In this document: piece by piece, positions 29,039 through 39,543 of the stretch
Layout: every line of letters begins with the position of its first letter
Position numbering within the stretch: the first letter of the stretch is position 1
Made by a program: the position numbers and the translations under genes
The notes under the pieces: model-generated
The model's database searches: none
Seen by the model: the letters and a program-made list of their open reading frames with translations, nothing else
Told to the model about the DNA's origin: nothing
Assembly: GCA_963821525.1 (NCBI GenBank)
Contig: CAWGED010000012.1
Coordinates: 64,001 to 128,000 of the forward strand
DNA: 64,000 nucleotides
Origin: an uncultured Gemmatimonadales bacterium
GTDB taxonomy: Bacteria; Gemmatimonadota; Gemmatimonadetes; Gemmatimonadales; GWC2-71-9
Reading direction: 5' to 3'

Positions 29039-31691
29039 CCTCCACTACGGTGCTCATCCAGATATCCCCGCGGGATTCGATGGTGACGAGGGACAATGCG
29101 GCGCAAATCGTGCGAGACAGCGCCGACCTGAAGGCTGGATCCTGACGCGGGATCTTCCCCAGGCGTTCCACCCGCCCCGGGCCGCAAGCACATGATAAAC
29201 CGTCAATGGAGTGCTGGATTTCCAAAGTTGGACACCAAGCGATGGACCCATCCGGGAACCAGGTAGTGAGGGCACCCTCGCTAGAACCAGGTCGCCCACG
29301 GAGTGACCTTCCCGTCCGGAAAGAGAAAGCACGCTCAGCCGGACCGAATCGAAGGTGGTGGTGTTCCAGCCGGCGAACGCCAGCTCGGTTGCCCTTCCGG
29401 GCGCTGCGGATAGAGAACATTGGCCATGAGATACCAGTCGGGCACCGTGGAAGATTCGAGGCGCGCTATCGCCCTTAGCTGGACGTTGATGCTGCGGCCG
29501 TCAACCGGTAACCAGGCCCAGCCGTTCGTCGGAGAGAGGTGTCCCGCCCAAAATAGCCGAATCCGCCAGGGTGAACCGGTTCCGTCGCGCGCCGTCTGCG
29601 CAGGTCCATCAGGCGGAGCTGCACCACGCCCGACACCTTCTCACCAAACGACATCGTGACCGAATCCAGCCATCCCCAACCAAGGAGCGTGCCCGACACT
29701 TTGAGGGGCGTCTCGGGTCCACCACCGAACGGCATGACCGACAGAATGCCGCCTCCTGAAGTCTCGGAATCATCCCGTTTGATCACGACACGATTCCCGT
29801 CGGGGGAAAGTCCGAGGACAATTGGAACGGTGGACTGCAAGTAAGCGCCGGCTCTCAGGGAAAGACTCCCCGAAGCGCATCGCGGAGATCGAGGGTCCAT
29901 CCGGTGTACTCGGATGTTCCTTCGTCCAGGACGAGGGCGCCGCCATCCTCGGTGACTTCGAACTGAGTGAACCGGCCAGCGTAGACGGTATCCCAGCGTT
30001 GGGCGAAGCGGCCCGTTTTCGGGGTAAACGGGATGCGCACAATCAACTGACGCATATTGATCCCCGGTGGAGACTGCACCTGCCAAAGCGCATCGGCGCT
30101 GACCCGCGTTTCTTCACCAACGTCGTGTACTACCACGCGGTCACTGATTTGTCCTTGCCGGTCGATGCTGCGGAACTCGCTCCAATTGCCGTTCCATAAG
30201 GATACCAGCACCCAAGGCGAACCGGTCGCTCACTCCAGACACAAAGACGGCCTGCGACGCTCCGGCAACCTTGATGCTGTCATGCCACGTCCCATCCAGG
30301 CCCGCAACACCGATCCAGTGGACGCTGTCGGACTTGGGCACCGGAGTGAGCAGGACTGAATCGCCCCTCCCCAAGAAGGCTGCGTCCCCGGAGGTCACCA
30401 GGCGCGGGATACCGCCCAGGGCGGAGACCAGGTACCAGCCGTACCCTGCTGCCATTGTGCCCTGGAACAGAAGGTTTCGGCGGTCGGGACTCCAGATAAT
30501 TCCGTACAGTGCCGTGGCGCCCTCAACGATTCGCCGGGTCGCTGATCCCCCGACGTCCTTGAGTTCGATCGCATAATGACAACTGCTATCACACTGGCTG
30601 ATGGCGTAGGCGAGCTGCTTCCCGTCGGGAGAGATGGCGGGATAGCTCACCCGTCCCGTCGAAGTAAGCTGTACCCGGTCGCGGAGCGTGACCGAGGTCT
30701 GCGGCGTACGACGAGTCAAGAGGAGGAGTGCCACTACGACGAGGGTCGCAACCAGTCCCCCCACGAGCATGATCCGGGAAAGCGCCTTCGGTCTCGTTTC
30801 CTGGGTAACCTCGACCGGCCGGGTCTGGGTCGGCGTCATGCCACCGCTCGGTGTCGCCAGCGGCTCCAGTTGGGACAACAACTCTTCGGCAGTCTGCCAG
30901 CGGTCCGCGGGCCGCTTCTCGAGGCAGCGCATGATGATGGCACCCAGGATCGGCGGACATGCCGCCCGATGTGCGGTCACTGGTTCAGGTACCCGGGTCA
31001 CATGCGCGCCGAGAACCTCGGCTGGGCTTCCCCCGCTGAAAGGGGGATTCCCGGTGAGCAGCTCGTAGCCCATCGCCCCCACCGCGTAGATGTCCACCCG
31101 CTGATCGAGATGGGGATCGGCCGCGGCCTGCTCTGGTGCCATGTAAGCCGGAGTGCCCAGCGCGACGCCTGCCGTGGTGAGTTGGTTGCGACCTGTCGCC
31201 TCACTCACGGCCTTCGCCACCCCGAAGTCCGTCACCAGGGCGTGGCGCCCGCTCAGCATCACGTTGTCCGGCTTGATATCGCGATGCACCACGCCCATCG
31301 CGTGGGCGGCGGCCAGAGCGTCCACCACCTCACAGAGGATCTTCACCGCATCATGGATCGGCAGCTCCCCGACCTTGGCAAGCCGCTCCCGGAGCGACTC
31401 GCCGGCCACGTAGGGCATGACGTAGTAGTAGAAACCCTGGGTCTCGCCCGAGTCGAGTAGCGGGAGGATGTGAGGATGCTGGAGCTGGGCGGCGACTTCG
31501 ATTTCCCGGAAGAACCGGTCGCTGCCGAGGGTGGCCGCGATCTCCGGGCGCAAGACCTTCACCGCCACTTTGCGGTGGTGCTTGAGATCCTCGGCGAGAT
31601 AGACGGTAGCCATCCCCCCCTGACCGATTTCCCGGTCGATGCGGTAACGGTCGGCGAGTGCCGCCTTCAGGAGGTCGGCTGTACTGGGCAT
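29036..31691 (-). CDS. Hanks-type Ser/Thr kinase + TM + TolB/PD40-like propeller; many frameshifts in the 3' half, end approximate
   Basis: IGQGGMATVY, VAVK, HRDIKPDN, DFG, APE; ISPDGKQLAY, WSPD; C-terminal GDIWM in a shifted frame. Confidence 0.8.
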
Positions 31692-31740
31692 GGCTCCCGT
31701 CCGGTCAGATGGTCGGGCAGCCTCAATGCTATCACTGTTT

Positions 31741-31915
31741 GCCGTCAGCCGTCAGCCGTCAGCTCGCGTTAGCGGTTAGCGGTTAGCGGTTAGCGGTTAG
31801 CCAACTGCCATAAGCCATAAGCTGTAGGCCGAAAGCCATTAGCATGAGGAGGATGACGCAAGGTCCCTACCTGCTCCCCACCACCCACTACCCACTACCC
31901 ACTAGCCACTTACCT
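31741..31915. repeat. Compound heptamer arrays (GCCGTCA x3, GCGGTTA x4, GCCATAA, CCCACTA)
   Basis: read directly from the sequence. Confidence 0.9.
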
Positions 31916-31949
31916 TCCCGCTGTCACTCCTCAACGAGCGAATTGCTGC

Positions 31950-33962
31950 ATGCGACACCGACTGTGCCGAACACTCCTGTGCCTGGCTGCTCTGGCCGGC
32001 TCTCCGCTGATGGCGCAAAACACGTTGAACCTGATGCCGGTGCCGGCGCATCTCGAGATCGGCACCGGGCAACTCGTCGTGGACAGCGGATTTCAGGTTG
32101 GCATTTCCGGCTACAGCGACGCTCGGCTCGAAGCGGCGGTCGAGCGCACGCTGGTCCGACTGGAGCGGAGACTCGGGATCGGTATCACGCGGGCGAAGCC
32201 AAAAGGCCCGCCGGATCTCGCGGTCGAAGTGCAGGGCCCCGGACAGCAGGTGCAGACACCCGAGGAAGACGAGTCCTACACCCTCACCGTCACTCCGCAG
32301 GGAGCGGTCCTCAAAGCACCCACCGTAGTCGGCGCTCTGCGCGGGTTGGAGACCATCATCCAGCTGCTGGCGCAACAGAGCAGCGGCTTCTACCTGCCGG
32401 CCGTTTCAATCGCGGATGCGCCGCGCTTCCCCTGGCGCGGGCTCCTGGTTGACGCATGCCGGCACTGGCAGCCGGTCGAAGTCATCAAGCGCACCCTGGA
32501 TGGCATGGCGGCGGTCAAGCTCAACGTGCTGCACTGGCATCTGAGCGAGGACCAGGGCTTCCGGGTCGAGAGCAAGAAGTTCCCCCGGCTCCAGGAGCTG
32601 GGCTCGGACGGGAACTACTACACCCAGGAAGAGATCGTCGACGTGGTCGCGTACGCGCGGGCGCGTGGCATTCGCGTAGTGCCGGAGTTCGACATGCCGG
32701 GTCACACGACGGCGTGGTTCGTCGGCTACCCCGAATTCGCCAGTGCGCCGGGTCCCTATTCCATAGAAAGGAAGTTCGGAGTCTTCGATCCCACGCTGGA
32801 CCCGACCCGGGATGAGGTCTACCGCTTCATCGAGGAGTTCATCGGCGAAATCTCACCGCTCTTTCCCGATCCCTACTGGCACATCGGTGGAGACGAGGTC
32901 ACGGGACGGCAGTGGAACAGCAACATCCGCATCCAGAAGTTCATGCGGACTAACGGGCTCCGAACCAACGACGCGCTTCAGGCCTATTTCAACCGCCGGC
33001 TGGAGAAGATCCTCGAGCAGCACGGCAAACAGATGGTCGGCTGGGATGAAATCCTCCAACCCGATCTGCCCAAAACCGCCGTGGTTCAGTCGTGGCGCGG
33101 AGTCGAGTATCTCAGCCAGGCAGCGCGCAACGGGTACCAGGGCATTCTGTCGGCGCCTTACTATCTCGATCACATCAGTAGCGCCGAGGACCACTACCTC
33201 GCCGATCCGCTCCCGGTGGACAATCCACTCACCACGGAGGAAGCCGCCCGTGTCCTCGGTGGCGAAGCCTGCATGTGGGGCGAGCAGATCTCGCCGGAGA
33301 CCATCGACTCCCGGATCTGGCCTCGTGTGGTGGCTGTAGCTGAGCGATTGTGGTCTCCCGCCTCGGTGCGAGACGTGGATGACATGTACCGCCGGCTGTC
33401 CATCACGAGCCTGGAACTCGAAGGCCTCGGACTGACTCACGAGGCCCACACCTATCGGATGATTCGCCAGCTCACCGGCGCCCGTGGTGTCGGCCCGCTG
33501 CACGATCTCCTGCAATACGTCGAGCCCGTCAGCTTCAGCCAGCGTTATCGCCTCCAGGGTGCCACCCAGCTCACCCCGCTCACTCGGCTCCCCGATGCAG
33601 CGCGCCCCGATCCCTGGACCCGGAGCCGGCTCAACCGCCTGGCGCGGCAAGCACTGAACGATCCGCGAGGGCCTGCGGCCGACTCCCTGCGCGCAGTGTT
33701 CACCCTCTGGCGCGAGCTGCCCGCCCGCTATGCTGTTCTCGCAGATGTTCCACTCGCGCGCGACGGAGACCCCGCGGTAGCGACTCTCTCCCGGCTGGGG
33801 ACGGTGGGGACGGAAGCTCTTGATCGCCTGACCGCCACGGCGCCCGCCAACCCCGCGTGGACCAATAGCGTTCGCACGTTCCTGGATTCAGCGTCTGGTC
33901 CCCAGGGGCTTGTGCGCGTAGTCGGGGTCCAAGCAGTAGCCGCGCTTGCAGGAGTGCAGTGA
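31950..33962 (+). CDS. Beta-N-acetylhexosaminidase (GH20)
   Basis: DAPRFPWRG, HWHLSEDQ, EFDMPGH, HIGGDE, GGEACMWGE. Confidence 0.95.
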   Translation: MRHRLCRTLLCLAALAGSPLMAQNTLNLMPVPAHLEIGTGQLVVDSGFQVGISGYSDARLEAAVERTLVRLERRLGIGITRAKPKGPPDLAVEVQGPGQQVQTPEEDESYTLTVTPQGAVLKAPTVVGALRGLETIIQLLAQQSSGFYLPAVSIADAPRFPWRGLLVDACRHWQPVEVIKRTLDGMAAVKLNVLHWHLSEDQGFRVESKKFPRLQELGSDGNYYTQEEIVDVVAYARARGIRVVPEFDMPGHTTAWFVGYPEFASAPGPYSIERKFGVFDPTLDPTRDEVYRFIEEFIGEISPLFPDPYWHIGGDEVTGRQWNSNIRIQKFMRTNGLRTNDALQAYFNRRLEKILEQHGKQMVGWDEILQPDLPKTAVVQSWRGVEYLSQAARNGYQGILSAPYYLDHISSAEDHYLADPLPVDNPLTTEEAARVLGGEACMWGEQISPETIDSRIWPRVVAVAERLWSPASVRDVDDMYRRLSITSLELEGLGLTHEAHTYRMIRQLTGARGVGPLHDLLQYVEPVSFSQRYRLQGATQLTPLTRLPDAARPDPWTRSRLNRLARQALNDPRGPAADSLRAVFTLWRELPARYAVLADVPLARDGDPAVATLSRLGTVGTEALDRLTATAPANPAWTNSVRTFLDSASGPQGLVRVVGVQAVAALAGVQ

Positions 33963-33965
33963 ACT

Positions 33966-34000
33966 GGTCTTGGGTCATGGGTCTTGGGTCGTGAGCCTTG
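33966..34000. repeat. GGTC(T/A/G)TG heptamer array (left arm)
   Basis: ggtcttg ggtcatg ggtcttg ggtcgtg agccttg. Confidence 0.85.
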
Positions 34001-34430
34001 CGTCGCTTGGCTGACGGCGACGAAGCAGGAATTCGTTCAAACGGTAAAGCTGCTTTTGAACGTGTCGACTCCTCGACAAGAGATCGTTCGCGGTCCTCTG
34101 ATCAAGGAACCTCAAGCGACCAGCTACAAGAATGAGAGCCTCGAGTTCGGTGGCCGAGCCCGCGGCGATCCGAGCGAATCGCGCGAGTTCCCGGTCCCCC
34201 AATCGCCCACAACCTTCCGCAATGTTGGCGCATACCGAACACGAAGCGCGTCGCATTTGCGAGACCAGTCCATAACGTTCACTGTTCGGGAATCTCGCCG
34301 TGGCTTGGTACACCCTCTCGACGAGGTCCTCTGCCGCGCTCCAGGCTTTGAGGTTCTTGAAGTCACCCAAGTCGTCCTCCCGTTCGGCCGCTGCGAGAGT
34401 AGCACGAGTGTGGCCCCCGGTTCTCATCAT
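33975..34430 (-). CDS. Four-helix-bundle protein (23S rRNA IVP/TIGR02436-like); start uncertain
   Basis: FKNLKAW...FPNSERYGLVSQMRRASCSVCANIAEGCGR...FARIAAGSATE. Confidence 0.9.
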   Translation of the reverse strand: MMRTGGHTRATLAAAEREDDLGDFKNLKAWSAAEDLVERVYQATARFPNSERYGLVSQMRRASCSVCANIAEGCGRLGDRELARFARIAAGSATELEALILVAGRLRFLDQRTANDLLSRSRHVQKQLYRLNEFLLRRRQPSDARLTTQDP

Positions 34431-34465
34431 TTCAACGCCCTTACCGACCCCGACGTGCGAGTTGC

Positions 34466-34560
34466 GGACCCACGACTCAAGACCCACGACCATCGACCAT
34501 CGACCATCGACCATCGACTATCGACCACCCGCCATCGACTCTCAACCCGGCATCGACTAT
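34466..34560. repeat. CA(C/A)GACC array (inverted partner of 33966) grading into an ATCGACC array
   Basis: cacgact caagacc cacgacc atcgacc atcgacc ... Confidence 0.9.
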
Positions 34561-34575
34561 TTTTTTGCCACCCGA

Positions 34576-35742
34576 ATGTGGATCCTACACAACGCCGACC
34601 TCTATGCGCCCGAGCCCCGCGGGATCAAACACCTGCTGGTTGCAGGCTCGAGCATCGTATGGATCGGCGATGATCCCCCAGCCCTCGACCCGTCGCTAGG
34701 CGTCAAGGAGTTTGACCTCGAGGGGCGGCGGATACTTCCGGGTCTGATCGACGGACACGTCCATCTCTCTGGTGGTGGCGGTGAGGCGGGATACCAGTCT
34801 CGAGTCCCCGCCGTCGCGTTGAGCCGGCTCACTCTGGGCGGTGTCACGTCGGTAGTCGGTGTGCTCGGAACCGATGATGTCACCCGCGCGCCGGCGGAGC
34901 TGGTCGCGACCGCGCGTGGCCTGATCGAACAGGGCCTCTCCGCCTGGTGCCACACCGGTGGCTATCACATTCCGCCGGTGACGATCACCGGCACGGTGCG
35001 GGGAGACATCATTCATATCGATCGCGTCATCGGAGTCGGTGAGATTGCGGTGAGCGACCATCGCTCGAGCCAGCCGACCCACGATGAGTTGCTGCGGATC
35101 GGCGCCGAGGCTCACGTCGGCGGATTGATGACCGGGAAAGCCGGCGTCGTGCACGTCCACATGGGCGACGGGCCGCGCGGCACCGAGCCGATTCTTCGCG
35201 CGATCGAAGGCAGTGAGATTCCAGCGCGGGTCTGGAATCCCACTCACGTGAATCGCCGCCGGGCCTTGTTCGACGACGCGATGGCGCTGGCGGAACGCGG
35301 CTGCACCATCGACATCACCGCTTTCCCAGTGGCGGAAGGCGAAGATGCCTGGGCAGCGGACGAAGCGCTGGTGCGGTATCTGGATGCGGGACTGCCGGCA
35401 GACCGCGTCACCGTCAGCTCCGATGGCGGCGGCTGTCTTCCGGCATTCGATTCTGAAGGCCGAGTGACCCATTTCGAGGTGGGCTCGCCGGGCGCGCTGG
35501 CGCAGACGTTGCTAGCACTCCTGGACCGGGGGCAGCCGCTGGACCGTGTGCTGCCCGCCTTTACCTCCAACCCTGCCCTGCTGCTCCGGCTTCCCCGTAA
35601 GGGCCGGATTGCGGTCGGCGCAGATGCCGACCTCGTTACCCTGGATCCGAAAGGACGGATCGTGGACGTAATGGCCAACGGCACCTGGTATGTGCAAGGC
35701 GGCAACCCTGTCATTCGCGGGCCCTTCGAGGGCCCCGCGTGA
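34576..35742 (+). CDS. iadA: Beta-aspartyl (isoaspartyl) dipeptidase
   Basis: PGLIDGHVH.SGGGGEAG, GVLGTD, AVSDHRSSQP, PTHVNR, SSDGGG. Confidence 0.9.
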   Translation: MWILHNADLYAPEPRGIKHLLVAGSSIVWIGDDPPALDPSLGVKEFDLEGRRILPGLIDGHVHLSGGGGEAGYQSRVPAVALSRLTLGGVTSVVGVLGTDDVTRAPAELVATARGLIEQGLSAWCHTGGYHIPPVTITGTVRGDIIHIDRVIGVGEIAVSDHRSSQPTHDELLRIGAEAHVGGLMTGKAGVVHVHMGDGPRGTEPILRAIEGSEIPARVWNPTHVNRRRALFDDAMALAERGCTIDITAFPVAEGEDAWAADEALVRYLDAGLPADRVTVSSDGGGCLPAFDSEGRVTHFEVGSPGALAQTLLALLDRGQPLDRVLPAFTSNPALLLRLPRKGRIAVGADADLVTLDPKGRIVDVMANGTWYVQGGNPVIRGPFEGPA

Positions 35743-36582
35743 GCCCGGCGCACGTGGGAGCGGGAGCACAGCGCGGTTTCATCATTCCGGTGGGTGGAGC
35801 GGAAGAGAAACTCGACCGTCCCGCAATTCTGAAGCGTTTTCTCAAGCTCTCGGGCGGAGGCAAGGCCCGCATCGCGATCATACCGACGGCCTCGCTGGCC
35901 GCGGATACCGGAGAGCGATACGAGGAAATCTTCGACGAGCTGGGTGCCCACAAGCGCCGAGTCGTTGGCGTTCGAGGAGCGCGGCGACGGAGATAACGAC
36001 GGACTGCTCGAGCGGCTGGAACATGCGACCGGAGTCTTTCTCACTGGGGGCAATCAGCTGCGGCTTGCCACCCATCTGGGCGGGACCCCGGCCGCGAAGG
36101 CGATCCGTCGGCTCAATGCCGCAGGGGTACCGGTCGCCGGTACCTCGGCCGGCGCAGCCTTCCTGTCCGAGCACATGATCGCCTTCGGCGACGAGGGGTC
36201 TTCCCCGCGCTCGGGCATCGTCACCCTCACACCGGGCCTGGGACTTACCAACCGCGTCATCATTGACCAGCACTTCCGGCAGCGTGACCGGATGGGGCGT
36301 CTCCTGACCGCGCTGGCCTACAATCCATTCGCGGTCGGCCTGGGACTCGACGAGGACACTGCGGCCTTCATCGGACCGGACAACGTGATGGAGGTAGTCG
36401 GCAGCGGGGCCATTACGGTCGTGGATCCATCCGCACTCGAGTTTTCCTCCATGGATGTGGCCAAGGTCAACGATCCGGTCTGCATGCTGGGGATCAAACT
36501 CCACATCCTGATCCAGGGAAGCCACTTCAACCTGCATACCCGCGAGGCGTCGGCGGGGACGGTGGGAGCGGCCAAGGGGTAG
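35739..36582 (+). CDS. cphB: Cyanophycinase, frameshift near 35950
   Basis: IPVGGAEEK, IIPTAS, TGGNQLRL, GTSAGA, IDQHFRQRDRMGRL. Confidence 0.9.
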
Positions 36583-36737
36583 TCGATGGTCGATGGTCGG
36601 TGGTCGATAGTCCTTCAGGGGAGCCCGCCGCGGCTCCCCTGACTCTTCCGGTAAGCTTTCCCTGCCTGTAACCTCTCCGTAGGCCCTCACGGCTGACCGA
36701 CCGGTCCGACCATCGACTATCGACCACCGACTATTGA
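36581..36737. repeat. Inverted ATGGTCG / CGACCAT heptamer pair enclosing a GC hairpin
   Basis: gtcgatggtcgatggtcggtggtcgatag ... caggggagcc-cgccgc-ggctcccctg ... cgaccatcgactatcgaccaccgact. Confidence 0.85.
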
Positions 36738-36746
36738 CTGCTGTCC

Positions 36747-39531
36747 ATGAAGATCATTGATCGGTCCGTCTACGTCGGGCCAAGCCTCTACGCCCACTTC
36801 CCGGTCATCCGTCTCGACGTAGACCTGGGACCGCTGGAAGAGTGGCCCACCGGCCGGCTCGGTCCGCAGTTCATCGACGGCCTGCTCGCGGCGCTCCCGG
36901 GGCTGGTTGAGCACGGCTGCTCCTACGGCGAGCCGGGCGGCTTCATCCGCCGGATGCGGGAGGATGGCGGCACCTGGCTGGGCCATGTGCTGGAGCACGT
37001 TGCCATCGAACTGCAACAGGCCGCCGGAGGAAAAGTCACCTTCGGCAAGACCCGCTCGGGCGATGTTCGCGGCCAATACCACGTGGTCTTTCAGTACGAC
37101 CAGTCCGACATCGGCCTCGAGGCCGGCAACCTCGCCCTCACCCTCCTGCACAGCCTGCTCCCCAGCGAGCTGCAGGAGCCGGGGAGCGTCCCCGGCGATT
37201 TTCACTTTCAGGCCGAGCTGGAGTCGTTCATCAAGTTCGCCCAGCGGCGGGATCTCGGTCCCAGCACCGCCTCGCTGGTCCATGCCGCCGAGGAACGCGG
37301 GATTCCCTGGATCCGGCTCAATTCGCAGAGCCTGATCCAGTTCGGGCACGGCAAGTATCAGCAGAGGATTCAGGCGACGATCACCAGTCGCACTCCGCAC
37401 ATCGCCGTCGAGCTGGCCTCCGACAAGGAGGAGACCAACAAGATCCTCGCCGGGCTGGGACTGCCGGTACCCAAGCAGGCGCTCGTCACTCGCGAAGAAG
37501 ATGCTGTCCGTTCCGCCGCCGAGATCGGCTACCCGGTCGTGGTGAAGCCGTACAACGCCAACCACGGGCGCGGGGTCGCGATCCACCTGACCGATGCCGC
37601 GCAGGTTCGGGCCGCGTTCCCGGTGGCCCAGCAGCACAGCCGCAGCGTGATCGTCGAGAGCTTCATCCGGGGAGACGATCACCGGATGCTGGTGGTGAAC
37701 GGGCAGCTGATCGCTGTCGCCAAGCGGGTACCGGGTCACGTCGTGGGGGACGGCGAGCACACGATCGAAGACCTGGTCAAGATCGTCAACAGCGACCCGC
37801 GCCGCGGCGTGGGCCACGAGAAAGTGCTCACCCGCCTCGAGTTCGACCATCAGGCCGAGCGGCTTCTCGCCAAGAAGGGCTACGACCGGCAACACCGTCC
37901 CTCCAAAGGGCGAGATGGTGTATCTCCGTTCGACCGGCAATCTGTCGACCGGCGGGACTTCGATCGACGTGACCGACATCGTGCACCCCGACAATGTCGA
38001 GATGGCGATGCGGACCATTAAGGCCATCGGGCTGGACGTAGGGGGAGTCGACTTCCTCACGCCGGACATCACCGTCTCCTATAAGGAAAACGGTGGCGCC
38101 ATCTGCGAGGTGAATGCGGCACCCGGCTTCCGGATGCATACCGCGCCGAGCGAAGGGACGCCTCGTGATGTCTCGGGTCCGGTGCTCGACATGCTGTTCC
38201 CGCCAACGACGCCATCGCGTATTCCGATAGCCGCCATCACGGGCACCAACGGGAAGACCACAACGGCCCGGATGCTGGCCCACATCCACAAGCTGGCGGG
38301 GCGCACCGTCGGCATGACCACGACCGACGGCGTCTACATCGACGGCCAGTGCACCATGAAGGGAGACATGACCGGTCCGGTGTCCACCCGGATGGTGCTG
38401 AAGGATCCCACCGTGGACGTGGCGGTGCTGGAGATTGCGCGTGGCGGGCTGGTGCGAGCCGGAATGGGGACCCGCTTCATCGATGTGGCGGCGGTGCTCA
38501 ACGTCCAGTCGGACCACCTCGGCCTGCGCGGCATCGATACGCTGGAGCAGCTCGCCGCCGTGAAGCGGATTCCGGTCGAGGTCGCGAAGGACACCGCGGT
38601 GCTCAACGCCGACGACCCTCACGTGCTCCGGATGGCGGACTACACCGAGGCCAAGCACGTCTGCTACGTCACCATGAACCCCGACCACAGCCTGGTGCGG
38701 GAGCACATCCGGGCCGGCGGCCGCGCCGTCTCTCTGGAGCGCGGAATCAACGGCCAGATGATCACGATCTACGATCGCGGCGCGCACATCCCGCTCCTCT
38801 GGACTCACCTCATCCCGGCGACGCTCGAGGGTCGCGCGACCCACAACGTCCAGAATGCCATGTTCGCCGCGGCGCTGGCCTTCAGCATGGGCGTGAAGCT
38901 GGAAGACATCCGACACGGCCTGCGGACCTTCGACACCACGTTCTTCCAGGCCCCGGGCCGGATGAACGTCTTCGATGAGCTGCCGTTCAAGGTGATCGTG
39001 GACTATGGGCACAACGCCGCGGCGATCGAGGTGATGTGCCAGTTGGTGGAGCGGCTGGAGCCCAAGGGCCGGAAGCTCGTGGTGCTGGCGGGCCCCGGGG
39101 ATCGCCGGGACGAGGATATCAAGCAGATCGCGAAGGTGGCCGCCGGCCGGTTCGACCGGTACATCGTGCGGCGGGATGACCAGCTCCGGGGACGGGCGCC
39201 GGAGGAAGTTCCCCACATGTTGCGTGATACCCTCATCGCGAGCGGGGTCTCACCCGACCGGATCGAGGTGATTCCGGAGGAGCCCACCGCCGTAGCCACC
39301 GCACTCGCGATGGGTCAGCCCGATGACCTGCTGCTCATCTTCGCCGATCAGCCAGTCCGCACCTGGAAGCAGGTCATTCAATTCCGGCCCGATGCTCAGG
39401 CCCCCGTGGAAAGGATTTCCCGGCCGGTGTTCGTCGAAGTGCCCCAGGTCCCCGCCTTGTCGCTCGGAGAGAGCGATGCCCTGGTGCGGGATGAACGGGG
39501 CGTAAGGCTGGCCCGCGAGACCGAAGACTAA
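36747..39531 (+). CDS. cphA: Cyanophycin synthetase CphA1, frameshift near 37890-37910
   Basis: CSYGEPGGF...HVLEH, LGPST, KPYNANHGRG, EVNAAPGFRMH, TGTNGKTTT, DYGHN. Confidence 0.95.
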
Positions 39532-39543
39532 GGTGGTCAGGCC

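Noticed and set aside
33975..34430. Diversity-generating retroelement (Avd-like gene) or rRNA intervening sequence
   Set aside because: No reverse transcriptase, TR/VR pair or rRNA sequence in the window
37880..37915. Programmed frameshifting in cphA, kaiC or bamA
   Set aside because: No canonical slippery site, and indels are common across unrelated genes
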